DNA of 63,508 nucleotides, filler included, from Collodictyon triciliatum (GCA_043381765.1; 8 parts of 8 records of this genome joined end to end with filler, not necessarily neighbours in it), one strand, 5' to 3'. Numbered from the whole stretch's first letter, positions 17,694 through 30,455 are shown. The notes: generated by a model from the sequence alone, not told the origin. Program-made: numbers and translations.

Positions 17694-18918
17694 ATGCTGA
17701 ATCACGGCGAGATTTTCATAGAGGAAGATTTCCGTGCGGTGCCGTTTCGTGACTGGGGCACAACACATGTTTGCAGTTGGCTGAAGAGTCTGGGAATGTC
17801 TGACGAAACTCAACAGGCTTTTGAAGAGGCGCATGTGGAAGGTGGATTGCTTCAGTTCCTGAGCGACCAGGTTTTGCGCGATGACCTCCAAATCGTGCGC
17901 CCGTACGAGCGAGTCATGATTCTTCGTGAAATCCGGGTCCTGAAGGCTGTGGATGCGGCATATCGCGATGTGGACCGAAGCGATATCCAGGACAGTGAAG
18001 GAACAGGCTCTCGTTCAAGTGTCTCGTACGGAAGCTCCCAACATGCAAAGTGGTTCATTGGCCAGAGAGAAGCTCGATTTGTAAGGTACATTATGTCATT
18101 TCCAATGGTATGAAAGCCACCACGATGTTTGTCGAGATTGAAAGAAAAATTCTTTCTACATCTATGATGATTTTTTTATGAAATAATCTCCTTTTTTTTT
18201 TAAATAATATAAGGAAGAGAAGATGGCTTTCTCCTTTCCTCCTTTGCATCGGGGGCCTGATTCTGGGTGGGTGCTTTTTGGGATTATACGTGACGGGATA
18301 CTGGGATGATTCAAATGTAACATATCCTCTTATGATTGGAACATTTTTGTTTACATCTGGGATATTTGCATATATTCATAAGGCTATGAGACTACAAGAA
18401 ATGCGGGTGGACAAGATTGGGGTTCGTATTCACACAAACACGAATAGATGCGGCCTAGTTTGGTAGTTTGTCAAAGCCTTTGTAAAATGGATTTCGCTAT
18501 ATATTTACCTCTTTTCTTTAACCTTTAGATACGTCTTAGAGGGTACAGTTGGCTTCACCACCGCCAAGTGTTGCTGTACAAAGATCAGATATCACACATC
18601 ACCGCAGAAACAACTTCGGATACTCGTTACGCAATGTCAAGAGGTAAATATCAGCGCATCTCGATTGCTGTTTTCCTGGTTCTTAAGCCAGAAGATGAAA
18701 TTAAAGGTATCCCATCGTACTATCGAAAGCCAAACAACCGAATTCGGCTAATTCTACCTTATGAAGACGAGAGTTATGTAGTAGAAGCATGCCAAAGAAT
18801 TGCATTTATGGTATCTATTCCGTATACAACAAAGACCCCAAACCAAACGTCTTCGTTTACAGACCTGGGGACATCAACAACATGTTCTGTCGAGGATTTT
18901 GGCGCAATAACAGATTAG
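17694..18918 (+). CDS. SAM-domain protein with two predicted transmembrane segments (3 exons)
   Basis: Exon 1 encodes a SAM domain (DWGTTHVCSWLKSLGM...FEEAHVEGGLLQFLSDQVLRDDLQIVRPYERVMILREIRVL). Exon 2 (about 18213-18422) is hydrophobic (GLILGGCFLGLYVTGYW, YPLMIGTFLFTSGIFAYI). Exon 3 runs from about 18529 to the stop at 18918. Confidence 0.75.
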
Positions 18919-19897
18919 ATTATTCATTTACTGGATCCATGTCTGAAAATATTTTAAATTGGTTATTCCCTAATAAAGCCACCAACAATATTGTTATTGT
19001 TTTCAGTGTCTTATTTCCCTGCTTCGAATAGTGTCTTGGATAATTTTTTGTGTGCACCCAATATTTTCAATCTCTAAATAAAAGCATGTCGTAAAACAAA
19101 AGAATTAGAATTTTTAACGCTTTAATTTGACTTCGTAAAATGAAAAAAAAATTAAAAATTAGATAAAATTGGTATCTTATCTCCTTGGTATTGTAATAAA
19201 ATCATACTATTGGTTAACAAGATTACAATTTACCGTTCATGCTTTACATATTGCTGTGCACGTTTGTACAATGTCATTTACACATAAAAAGATATTTCGT
19301 TATGGTGGTTGTTCTTGTATGTGCTGGTGCAACTAGACCTCTTGAAACAAAGTAATTTTTACTCTTCGTGAAATCTCATTCAAAGAAGACGGCTCATACA
19401 CCACAACGCCAGGCTCCATAGCATTCCACACACAAGATGCACAGCCAACCACAGCCAACCTTGAATAACAAAAGAAAATGGCGCTCATGCAGACCAATCT
19501 CATACGACATCCCGTCGCCATTCTTTTTCCGCCTCAAGAACGAACGCTCGTCTAACGGTGCGCAGTCTATGCATCTCTCGTTGGCTATGGCCTACTCCAA
19601 ATTCTTTCGATACAAAATATCGCCGCCACACACCATAAAAAAAAGTCAAAACATCAATAGTGGGGAGAAACACTAGAAATCACCCACACCCCGCTCACCG
19701 CAAGCTGGAGACAAGCACGAACCCCGCAAGTCCTTCTAAATCATCGCTATCTAATTCTTAATATCATCAATAGAGTAGTTATGTGGTAAGAGAAATGTGG
19801 AAAGAGGCCAATTAAGATGCTGAACCTCGCCTTTCCCTTACCATGATTTCACAAGACTTACGCTACAGGACTAAAATCATAATGAAATGCTTTATAG

Positions 19898-22800
19898 GCG
19901 ACTACTTCTCTGCCCAGCTACCAAGTGGCTCCTGTGCAAGCAAAGGCGAGCCCTCAAAACCCAAGGCCAGCCCCATTGCACCCTAACTCCCATCGGCTCT
20001 GTTCTGAACAAAATATTCTGGGTGATTTCCCGCAATCATGCCATTTGTATATTCCAAAAAAGGATGCGCTGTGCTTTTCGCTGAAGCGCATGTTGGAAAA
20101 GTCTTCTTCGGCGAAATCTCAAGCAGCCTGCCAACAATTCTCCAACACAGCGACGGACTTAAATGCGAGCCACCACGCCCATGCAACCAATAGACCCATT
20201 ACAAGGAAGAAAAAAAAAAAAAAGGAGGAAAAAAGAAAGACCTAACTGCTTCTTGCCCTAATAAATGCAAGGTGTTGCACAAACCAAAGAGCAAAGGCAA
20301 CCGTCTGCATGAGCCAGGAGAGCTTCTTTTCAGGACTTACATTCACGTGCGTAGGGCTTCGGGCTGAGGTACAGTACGCACGAGGGAAAAAAATAATAAA
20401 AATTCAGAGACAAAAATGAAGTAAACCATCTCAAAGTAATATTTTTTTATTGTCACTTTTCTTTTTCTGTGACCCCAAAGCATTTATCTTTTGCGTTCAT
20501 TCTTGAGCTGTGTGATGGATAGCGTTCATTTTAGACATGTGGTTTCAGGACTTTTTCACGAATGATTCCTATTCCTAATTTCTGTCCTACTTTTCAAACA
20601 ACAGGTCAGCTCCAAGCTCTCGGAATGTATCAATAAGTATGGAGGGGTCTTTGAAATTAACCATCAGGAGTTAGGAATTGGTGTTGGATATATTGTTGTA
20701 CCCCATCAAATTGAAGCAGCTGAAGTCGTGGTTCTCCAAAGGAAGAGCCCCTTAGCCAATCTAGTTACAACTGATTTTATAGACAGATGCATCATGGTAC
20801 TCTCGGAGTAACTATTTTTCTTCGATGTGTTAAGTCTTACTTATTTGCTCATTTTAACCGTAAATTAATTTGTCATCTTGAAAAGGATAAAGCTCTTCCT
20901 GACATTGAGTCGCATATACTATTCAAGCCAATCGTCGCAAATCCTGCCATGGCAAATGTTATTTTGTCGATATCCCAATATTCTTCTGTGGAGAAACAAG
21001 ATATTGAAGCTGTTGCCAAACTCATGAACGTTAGAATTACGAAGGAGTTTTCTAAGCAGAACACACATTTGGTTTGTGGATCTCCATCAGGCAGTAAATA
21101 CCTTGCGGCCATAAAATGGAAAAAGAATATCATCAGTTCTGAGTGGATTTATGAATGTGCCAAAAAAGTAAAAAAATAAAATAAATCATAATAACAATAA
21201 TAATTAAAGATTAAATCGAAGCATATGTCATTACCATGAACATTTCATCACATCATAAGATTAGGCCTTATATTCTGGTTTACATGCATGATAAAAACAA
21301 ATATTTTGTGTTCTCAAGTGCATCAGAGATTTAATTGTATGTGCAAACTTTATAGGGGACATATCTTGACATAGATTTTTTTGCAGTGAATCGCACGCCA
21401 GAAAAAGACTTCAAAAATGGAAATTCTATCAAAACAAAGGAATTGCAAATGGCAGATGGGGTATATTGCCAAAATAAAGCAAAACCCTCTGGTATACTTT
21501 TTCCTTTTTATTATTAAATACTGTTGGGCTTATTCATGTACATTATCATTAGATATAATCCTATGCCACGAAAAAAAATTCAAAGTAATTAAAGTTGAAC
21601 TTTGCTCTTTGATAGAGACGACATTTTCGATCAAGAAAAATGAAAACAAAACAGAGTTTGTCAATACGAAATATGTATAACACCTAATATACACGACACT
21701 AGCAATGTGAAGTAAAGAGTGATAAAATCAAAAAAAAAAATTAACCCCAGTATCAATATCAGATGTTCGATATTAAATGGATGCAAAATATTCCTTTTCG
21801 AAGAATTGAAAGTAAGCAAGAATCCCTTAAACGGAATTTTTTCTTTTTTACACGATAAAGAATTGCTATGTAACGTACACATACATATATATATATATCA
21901 AGACTTGTTCTTATGAGAAAAACCAACAGAAAGACAAAGTTATATCTCAGATGATAGTCGATATGAGTGGAAAAATTGCTACAAATTTAGACGAAACATG
22001 CTCGCATGTTATAAGAAGTATGTTCGTTGATCATTCAATCTGTAGTCTCTCAATCCTTTTGTTGAAAGAGCGTGTAAGCTAAAGAAACACTAATTTTTGT
22101 ATTTGTTTTTATTTTAGATGTGAATGGAGAAACAGGAGAGCTTGGATTAGGAATGGAGCATCTGAAGATAAGCGATGCGACAGTCTTGTCTCCAAGTTGG
22201 ATCTATGATGTACTCATACTACATGATATTTTAAATATATCTTTTGTATTTTTATGACACTATATGTTTTTATTTTTCGATGTTGCTGCTCGATACTATA
22301 GTCGTAAAAATTGTCATTAAAAGTAAAAACAAAACAGTGCTGGAAATTCTCCAAGAAAATGAACGAAGCGGACTACATCTGGCCAAACAATCCACTATTT
22401 CCAGATAAAATTTCACTACAGTATAATGACGGTAATAATATTAACATTTATTTCATTTCGACATCCAGTTTCCAATCGCACCACATCCCTTCTCAATGGA
22501 TGCTTAAAAATTGAGAATGATATAATTGGCCTTACCATATAAATTATGACCTTATTGCATTGATTGAGTAATCTATTTTCAATTCATTTTCAATATTTAA
22601 ACTCGCATTTATTTTTTCTTTATTTGACATTCTTATTTATCTATCGCAATTTTTTTTAAAAAGAAATAATCATTTTTATAATAAAAATGAATTATATTCA
22701 GAAAACAAGGATAATTTTACAAAGAATACACTGTCGTCATCGAAGATATCCTTCAAGGTTGATAGATTAACAGAAGGGCAAACAAGATTGATATCCTCTC

Positions 22801-24337
22801 TCAAGTTGAAGGTATGCAAACACGCCCAAACTCTTAGAATATGACACGACATAAAAAGGAGATGCATACATTTAGCCTTCTTTGAAATAGCTATCGTGAT
22901 TTAATGTTGCATATCCTTCATTGCATTTTCTTTTCTTTTCTTTTCTTTTCTTTTCTTTTCTTTTCTTTTCTTTTCTTTTCTTTTCTTTTCTTTTCTTTTC
23001 TTTTCTTTTCTTTTCTTTTCTTTTCAAAAAACTAAGTTCTACTTGATTTCTGTAGACCCCTCAATTTTCAAGAGTGATTCCTGCAAATCTTGTGGTAACG
23101 ACATCCCTTTTACTCACATGCTTCTTTACATATATACTACTCATCTTTTTTCTTTCGCACATTATCGGAGAGAGGAAACGACATGAAAGGCAAATATGCA
23201 ACCTTTGTAATACCTTATGGATGATATAACAAACCGGCTGTATGTGAATCGGCATGTGACTACAGCGCAAGACCTAACCCCTTGTGGAACACAGCCCATT
23301 CTCGAGACCTCTTTTGGACCGCCCACCCGCGCAACACTGTCCAAAGCTTCGTCGCTAGTGGCGATGGAGGACCGAGCAGCGTGCGCATCTGAAGGCACCA
23401 CGGAGCCAGGCCCATCGCAAGACGTCGTGTACCGGGACGAAAGCACACTGATGGAGAAGGAGCAGTTTATCGAAAGGCTGCGCCAAAGCTGCCCCCAGGA
23501 GCCCACGGGCCAGAAGCAACGCCGGTCGCTGGGCGACATACTCAGGGAGGCGGCCGCCCTCCAGGGCAGGACCCACGCGGCAGACGCGGTAGACAGTGCC
23601 GCCGTAGTGCCCGGGGCCACTCGGGGGAAGAGGCCTCTCGGCATCAGCACAGCCCAGCCTGCCTCGCCTCGCAGGCCGTCTCCCGATGCTGTGGTTGTAC
23701 GGGCGGGTTTCAACACTCCAGCGGCGGGCGCAGGAGCAACAGCGTGTGCAGAGGGCCACCCCACCAGGCAGGCCGGAAGGACCCCCGTCCCTGTTGCCAG
23801 CGTGGAGCAGCCGCTGTCTCCCCTCAAGCGGGCCAGACAGAACGGCCATCGCATGGTCATCTCTGGATTTTCGAGTAGCGAGAAGTCGCAGTTGGTGGAA
23901 GGTATGCGATTTGTCTATCCCATTCATGCACGCTTGGTTGGCCTTTGTTCTGAGTGTGAGTGTGAGTGTGAGTGAGCACCGTTCTGGAATTTCAACAGTC
24001 TCTCTTCTTTACTTTTTTATTTACGCTTTCTTTGTTCTAAGGTAAACTTTGGTCCTTGTGCGTGTATTCTCATCCTCATACCTTTCATTTGTGATGTAGC
24101 TGCCATGAAGCTTGGTGCCGAGCTGTTCGAAGACGAAAATTTCAACCCAGAGTGGACGCACATCGTGTGCTCTGTCCCGAAACGCAGCCCAAAATACATG
24201 GCCGGGCTCGCATCAGGGAAGTGGTATGATCAAATCCCTTTGCCTCATGGATTTTTTTTTATGCTCTCAAAGTTGAGCGATTGGAAATTTTTCCTGCTGC
24301 TGTCCACTACCTTCTTAAAATAACCTCCACAGCCTGC

Positions 24338-24372
<35 letters not shown>

Positions 24373-25178
24373 NNNNNNNNNNNNNNNNNNNNNNNNNNNN
24401 NNGACTCATTATCATCGCATTATATGTTAGGCTTATGCGTAAAGAGTTTGTTCTGGACTCGTTAAAGGCTGGCCACTTTTTGAACGAGGAAAAATACGAA
24501 TGGGCTGAGGAGCATGTATCGACAAAGCAGTCGAATTCTGGTCTGTCTTTCACAATTACTACCGCTATTCACAGTACCATCAGAAGTTTGCGGGATAACA
24601 AAACTCGACAATAGTTTGATAATCATTACTACTCTTTAGAAACCAAGCTACTTGCTGGAGGGGCCAGTCGGTGGCGGATGCTACTTGCCGCGCGACGGTT
24701 GATGCATGGGGTTAGCATCAGGGGCCCGTTCGAGGGTTGGCGCGTGATTTTGCACATTGACGCAGAAAAGAGGGGAGGTATCCAAGCCATTCTTGAATCC
24801 GGTGGGGCTGAAGTGGTTAATTGCAAGCCGCCTTACAAATATATCCAAGTATAGCGTTTATATATAATGCGACTCATCTCATCTCATCTCATCTCATCTC
24901 ATCTCATCTCATCTCATCTCATCTCATCTCATCTCATCTCATCTCATCTTACCTTTCAGGGAATCACGCACATATTTTTGGTCTATGCAAAGGAGGCAGA
25001 AAAGGACGCTCGAAACGCCATGCGCTCTGTTCTGGATGCTGGCATCACATGCCTGAAATGCAACTACATCATGGACTATCTGGTGCATGGGATTTATCAG
25101 CCGGAATGTGCAGCAGGCCAGCTCCCAAAGTTTGACACAGCCCTGTACAGAGCCTTCGTCCAGCCGAGCGGCGTGTGA
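19898..25178 (+). CDS. TOPBP1: TopBP1/Cut5/Dpb11-like multi-BRCT protein; multi-exon, start not resolved
   Basis: Five BRCT-like units are visible: FFSGLTFTCVG...VTTDFIDRC; VILSISQYSSVEKQDIEAVAKLM...NTHLVCGSPSGSKYLAAIKW...SEWIYEC; a central unit (ILNGCKIF...VLSPSWIYD); and a C-terminal pair (MVISGFSSSEK...WTHIVCSVPKRSPKYMAGLASGKW; GPFEGWRVILH...ILESGGAEV...NYIMDYL). The arrangement resembles TopBP1 BRCT4-8. Confidence 0.72.
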
Positions 25179-25370
25179 ATCTGTTCTGTTGCCATATGTA
25201 GCATACATCTGCAGAAACCGCAGACCATCGATGCCACCTTCTGCCTTTTGCCTCTTCCCCCACGAAAGCTCCCATCTGGTTGGCAACAGGGAGGGGGTTG
25301 CGCCGTCCTGTAAAACGGAATGCACCATGCAATATACATCAGTTTGTGCTGCACCAAGTGCTTCTTTCTT

Positions 25371-25411
<41 letters not shown>

Positions 25412-26252
25412 CATGGTTTGGTGTCCTCTCATCGCCGCCTCATGTTCTACCGATACGAAGGGAAGGAGAGGACGGGGGGAGAGCACGAGACAAAGCGCAG
25501 CGGCCTTGTGGCTCTGGTCTCAAAGAAGGAAGGAGAAACAACCACCATCGCGCCTCCATATGTGGAAAAGGCCGCAAGGCTGCACCCACGGCTCGGTTGG
25601 TGCAGAGGAAGAAAGACACGAACCGCTGTGGGATAGCCGATTGGTGCTATGGGCAATTGGAAGATTCAAATGTTCAAACACCACGTCTGCGAGGGTGCCA
25701 CTGCAGCAGGGGGGATTTCGGCGGGTGCGAAGGGAAGGAGGTCTGGGTTTGGCTGCGAGGAGGAGATTTCGGGTCCCGCAGGCCACCAGACACGGCCAAT
25801 GCAGACGCCCGCACGGCACATGCGGATAGGGTCTGGGCCGGCCATTATCGCCTGCGATGCGGAGGGGAGAGTTTCTCTGCTTTCCGGCCACGGCGGACAC
25901 GCCGATCGGCCATTCGCCCCTCTCTTTCGTCCGCCGGGCTCCCCGCGAAGACAAAGAAGGCTGTCCGTGCCGATCCTCAAGCTAGGCCGCGAAAGACACG
26001 AACGCGCACAGCCGCGCAACCCCTCATGCCTACCCTTCTGCCCGCCTCTTTCTTTATCTCTTCTTCTTCTTCTTCTTCTTCTTCTTCTTCTTCTTCTTCT
26101 TCTTCTTCTTCTTCTTCTTCTTCTTCTTCTTCTTCTTCTTCTTCTTCTTCTTNNNNNNNNNNNNNNNNNNNNNNNNNNNNNNNNNNNNNNNNNNNNTTAA
26201 TTAATTAANNNNNNNNNNNNNNNNNNNNNNNNNNNNNNNNNNNNNNNNNNNN

Positions 26253-26480
26253 TAAAAAACACATAAAAAAACACATAAAAAACACATAAAAAAACACATA
26301 AAAAAACACATAAAAAAACACATAAAAAAACACATAAAAAAACACATAAAAAAACACATAAAAACACATAAAAACACATAAAAAACACATAAAAAACACA
26401 TAAAAAACACATAAAAAACACATAAAAAACACATAAAAACACATAAAAAACATATAAAAACACCTAAAAGCACATAAACA
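26253..26480. repeat. A-rich minisatellite of about 11 bp, (AAAAAACACAT)n
   Basis: Directly visible tandem array at the scaffold start, with slight variation in A-run length. Confidence 0.95.
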
Positions 26481-26661
26481 CATGAAAAAGATAAATCTCT
26501 AACCAAAACCTCGAGCATAATTCAAATGGAAACAAACGAAAGTGATCGACAACCCATAGCAGACAGGAAGTAAAAAGGAGGCAAGCCAGCAAAGCAGAAC
26601 AAGGAATAAAAAGATAAAAAAAAAGCCCTCCAGTAAGCCGGCAAGCAAAGTGATGTTGGAG

Positions 26662-28326
26662 AAGCCAACCCGTTCAGCACACACAAACCTCCCGGTCCTA
26701 CAAGGTCATGAAAATCCAATACCCATATCTCACAACGAATACTTATTCAAAATACTGATCGTCGGACCCTCGGGCTCTGGGAAATCGTCATTTGTTCGTC
26801 GACTCGTTTTCAATCAGTTCACAGAAAACTCTTTGGCGACAATATCCACCCCACATGAAGATAATTATATCAAACATTTAGTATTTTCTAATCATGGGAA
26901 AAAAAAGCGATAATAATTAAGTGAATGCAAATGATGATAATAGACAAATACATAAAACATTAAAATAAACAGCCAATGTGAATTTTTTCTCGAAATCCTC
27001 CAAAGTGAATCCTACATTTAAAAGAATGAAAAGAAAAGAGTTCTTTAACGCACACAAATCGGGGTAGACTATGCTTTGAAAGTGATTAAATGGGATGAAG
27101 ATACGGTGGTGCGGCTTCAAATGTGGGATATAGCTGGTCAAGACAGGAATCAGACTTTATCAAGAGTATTTCAAACCACATTAATACGATGATGTAGCTA
27201 TAAGTTTAAATAAATGACAAATGCCTACACTTAAAAAAGACAATTATTCACTCACGATGGATTGTTTATCATGAATTCATATCCAGACATTCTACAAAGA
27301 GGCAGTTGGTGCTTTTATTGCTTTCGACTTATCTCGTCCTGAAACACTTACCGAGACACTGTCGTGGAAAAGTGCACTGGATGAAATTGCGCAAGAAATG
27401 GGGGTGTACAAAATACCAACTATACTGCTCATTACAAAGGTAATAGTGTAGAAGAATGTGCCAATCATCATTTGATTGTAAGCATTACGGAATGGACACA
27501 TATAAATAATTTATAATTTCTACCGCAGCTTGTAAGATGCACTTTTTTGTCTCGGGTTATTTATATAGATTGATGCTGCGTCTGAAGGAAGCAGAAGAAT
27601 TCTCCAGGATATGGATATGATTATATCGAGTCATAAATTCACGACATGGTGGGTTGTGGTACCTCTTGACACTTTTTTTTTTAAAAAAAAAAATATTCAA
27701 GGAGAACCCCCATGGAGTTTTCTGAATAATTTAGTATGCATTCTGTAAATATGCTATACATCTTACAGCCTGTTTATACTTGAGGAATATCTACCAAATT
27801 CCAAAGCTGTCTCATTCTTATTAAAAAAAATTAATCAAGCTCTTCTTTTAAACATTTGGATAGTTTATATAGATAAGACTGCCGGATGTACTTGTTTTGT
27901 TTTGTCTTTGTCTTTGTCTTTGTCTTTGTCTTTGTCTTTGTCTTTGTCTTTGTCTTTGTCTTTGTCTTTGTCTTTGTCTTTGTCTTTGTCTTTTCCTTTT
28001 TCTTTGTCTTTGTTCTGCTTTTTTCTGTTTTGTTTTGTTTTCTTTTTTTTATTCATTAAAGATACTATATCCACATTTAACTAAATCTCGCATCGCTTTG
28101 AATCGAATAAAGGAAAAAAACAACTAAATCTCGCATTGAAATTCCATTAACTAGGATTGGTATCTCATCAAAGGATTCGAAAAACGTTGAAGAAGCAGTT
28201 CGCGCCATGATTGATTCCGTGATAACTTACGTCAAGGTCTCAGGGAGAGCCTCGCAAGTAACAGAAACGGTCAACGATACCATATGTTTACCATCCACCC
28301 AACCCGCAAGTCGAAAATGTTGTTAG
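26662..28326 (+). CDS. RAB32: Rab32/38/29-family small GTPase (5 exons; first intron U12-type AT-AA)
   Basis: Motifs EYLFKILIVGPSGSGKSS, AT/IGVDYALKVIKWDEDTVVRLQMWDIAGQ (WDIAGQ is the Rab32/38/29 hallmark), FYKEAVGAFIAFD, LLITK/ID and C-terminal RKCC*. Exons are at about 26662-26841, 27058-27165, 27288-27438, 27569-27648 and 28155-28326. Confidence 0.88.
28079..28136 (+). mobile_element. Family A micro-retroposon with a perfect 15-bp TSD, in the last Rab32 intron
   Basis: AACTAAATCTCGCAT - CGCTTTGAATCGAATAAAGGAAAAAAAC - AACTAAATCTCGCAT. Confidence 0.88.
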
Positions 28327-28727
28327 ATTGCAGCTACAAAATCCGTTCTTCCAGTCCCACCCCCCTTTCCCCTCCTCCTTTTCATTCACCTCGATAAATC
28401 CAATTCAGTTGCACGCAAAAGCTCACCTCAAAGAAAACCAAATGAATCCGGGGATTCTAGGTGGCATTTTTAACAAATCAGCTTTTCTTGTCTGTTTTGT
28501 TTGTTTTTTCATAAAAAAAAATAAATAAAATGAATAATTAATCCAAGATAAATAATTTTGTTCTCTGTATTCGCGTCGTTGGCGGACGAATCGTATGATC
28601 TCAAGAAAGTCCCGATCTCAGGGTCACATGTTGGCAGATAACAAAGAAGTTGTATGGGTCAGAACGAAGCCTTCTAACAAAGCTGGCCATATTAGGAAAA
28701 ACAGAAAGCAACAGCGAAGGAGGAGCA

Positions 28728-30455
28728 ATGACGGAGTTACCGGCGTCTGAATTCAAGAATGCTGCCAAAGAACGAACCGAATCTTACGAGAGCCTGATAG
28801 AGCAAGTTGACTTTTTTTTTNNNNNNNNNNNNNNNNNNNNNNNNNNNNNNNNNNNNNNNNNNNNNNNNNNNNNNNNNNNNNNNNNNNNNNNNNNNNNNNN
28901 NNNNNNNNNNNNNNNNNNNNNNNNNNNNNNNNNNNNNNNNNNNNNNNNNNNNNNNNNNNNNNNNNNNNNNNNNNNNNNNNNNNNNNNNNNNNNNNNNNNN
29001 NNNNNNNNNNNNNNNNNNNNNNNNNNNNNNNNNNNNNNNNNNNNNNNNNNNNNNNNNNNNNNNNNNNNNNNNNNNNNNNNNNNNNNNNNNNNNNNNNNNN
29101 NNNNNNNNNNNNNNNNNNNNNNNNNNNNNNNNTACATACATACATACATACATACATACATACATACATACATACATACATAGATTCGTGATGAGCGTTC
29201 GATACCCATGAAGTTGCTCCACGAGCAAGAGAGGCAAGCACAACTGTACATGACTGAATGGAAGAGGAAGTTGTCTACAACCAACCATAGGCTCAATCCA
29301 GTCACTGTGAATGTTCGTGTACTTCACTTATCAGAAATCAATTTCGAATCTATAGGATTCATCAGTAATGGTCCCAGGAGCATCAAAATTCCATTGAATG
29401 GACTCCCAACAATGATTCCCGCTGGGTTGGTGAATGTTGAGTGCAGGGATTGGATCTTTAAAGGATTCTTTCCTATTAACCGCAATCTGGTGACCATTCC
29501 CGAAAAAGTTCCAAAGAAAGCATCTGAAGGCAGCCAAAAGATGCCACAGGAAGCAAATGTAGTCGTCACAGATGTTGGAAAGGAAGGTTGCGGGGATTTA
29601 TTGTTCCGTAGGCCGTGGGGACTGGCAATTCACCCAATAACTGGTGATGTGTTTGTTGCTGACCAGTGGAATGGCCGGCTGTGCGTATTATCGTCTGATT
29701 TGGAGTGGATAACAAGCGCGGGATCCACTGGGTCCGGGGTGCAGCAAATGGACTGTCCTTGTGGTATTGCTGTATCTTTGAATGGGGTGATTTCTGTTGT
29801 GGATTATTCGAACCGACGCGTGCAACAATGGAAAGCAACAAATATATGTTCAACAAATGGCAGGGCTGGATCTGTTTTAATTCAGCATACTCGGTCTATC
29901 AAGGAGAATCTGTCCAATCCAGTTTGTGGTGCTGTAGACTTGGACGGTGTTTTCTATTTTACAAATATAGGAATGAAACAAGTGCCATACTTTAGTGAGA
30001 CTGGAGAGTATCTTGGTTCTCTCTCTCAACCATCCCCAATTGTCCTTTTGAATAGTAAGCCTGAAACCAACCAACCTACAGGCCATGAGATGGAAGACTT
30101 TATGCAAAATGAGCTGAGAGATTGTCCCTACTCTATCTGTGTGGATGACTTGTCGCGAGTTCTTGTGTTATGGCGCGGTGGTAGTCTCGTTCATGCCTAT
30201 TCCGCGGAAACAAAACAGTATCTCGGCTCTTACGTTGTGCAAAAATCTTCCTCTGGATATCCTACATATCTGACCCGCAGTTCTAATGAAGGGTTTGCTA
30301 TCAGTGATGAGAAAAAGAATGAAATTTTCTTTTATTCTTCCCATGGAAATCTCCTCTACTCTGTAATCGCAAAAACTCCTATTGGGATGGCCTTTGGTCC
30401 CTCTGGCTCATTATATCTGAATGAATGCAACGAACATCGCGTCATCAAAATGTAA
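28728..30455 (+). CDS. Coiled-coil plus NHL-repeat (beta-propeller) protein
   Basis: Exon 1 encodes MTELPASEFK...LIEQ. Exon 2, from 29184, has NHL repeats (FRRPWGLAIHPITGDVFVADQWNGRL, MDCPCGIAVSLNGVISVVDYSNRRVQ, TPIGMAFGPSGSLYLNECNEHRVIKM). An N gap lies in the intron, so extra exons are possible. Confidence 0.85.

Noticed and set aside
25087-26208. ORFs of 117-373 aa downstream of the TopBP1-like gene
   Set aside because: There are no recognisable motifs, the frames conflict, and they run into microsatellites. This may be the end of a truncated gene, but strand and frame cannot be supported.
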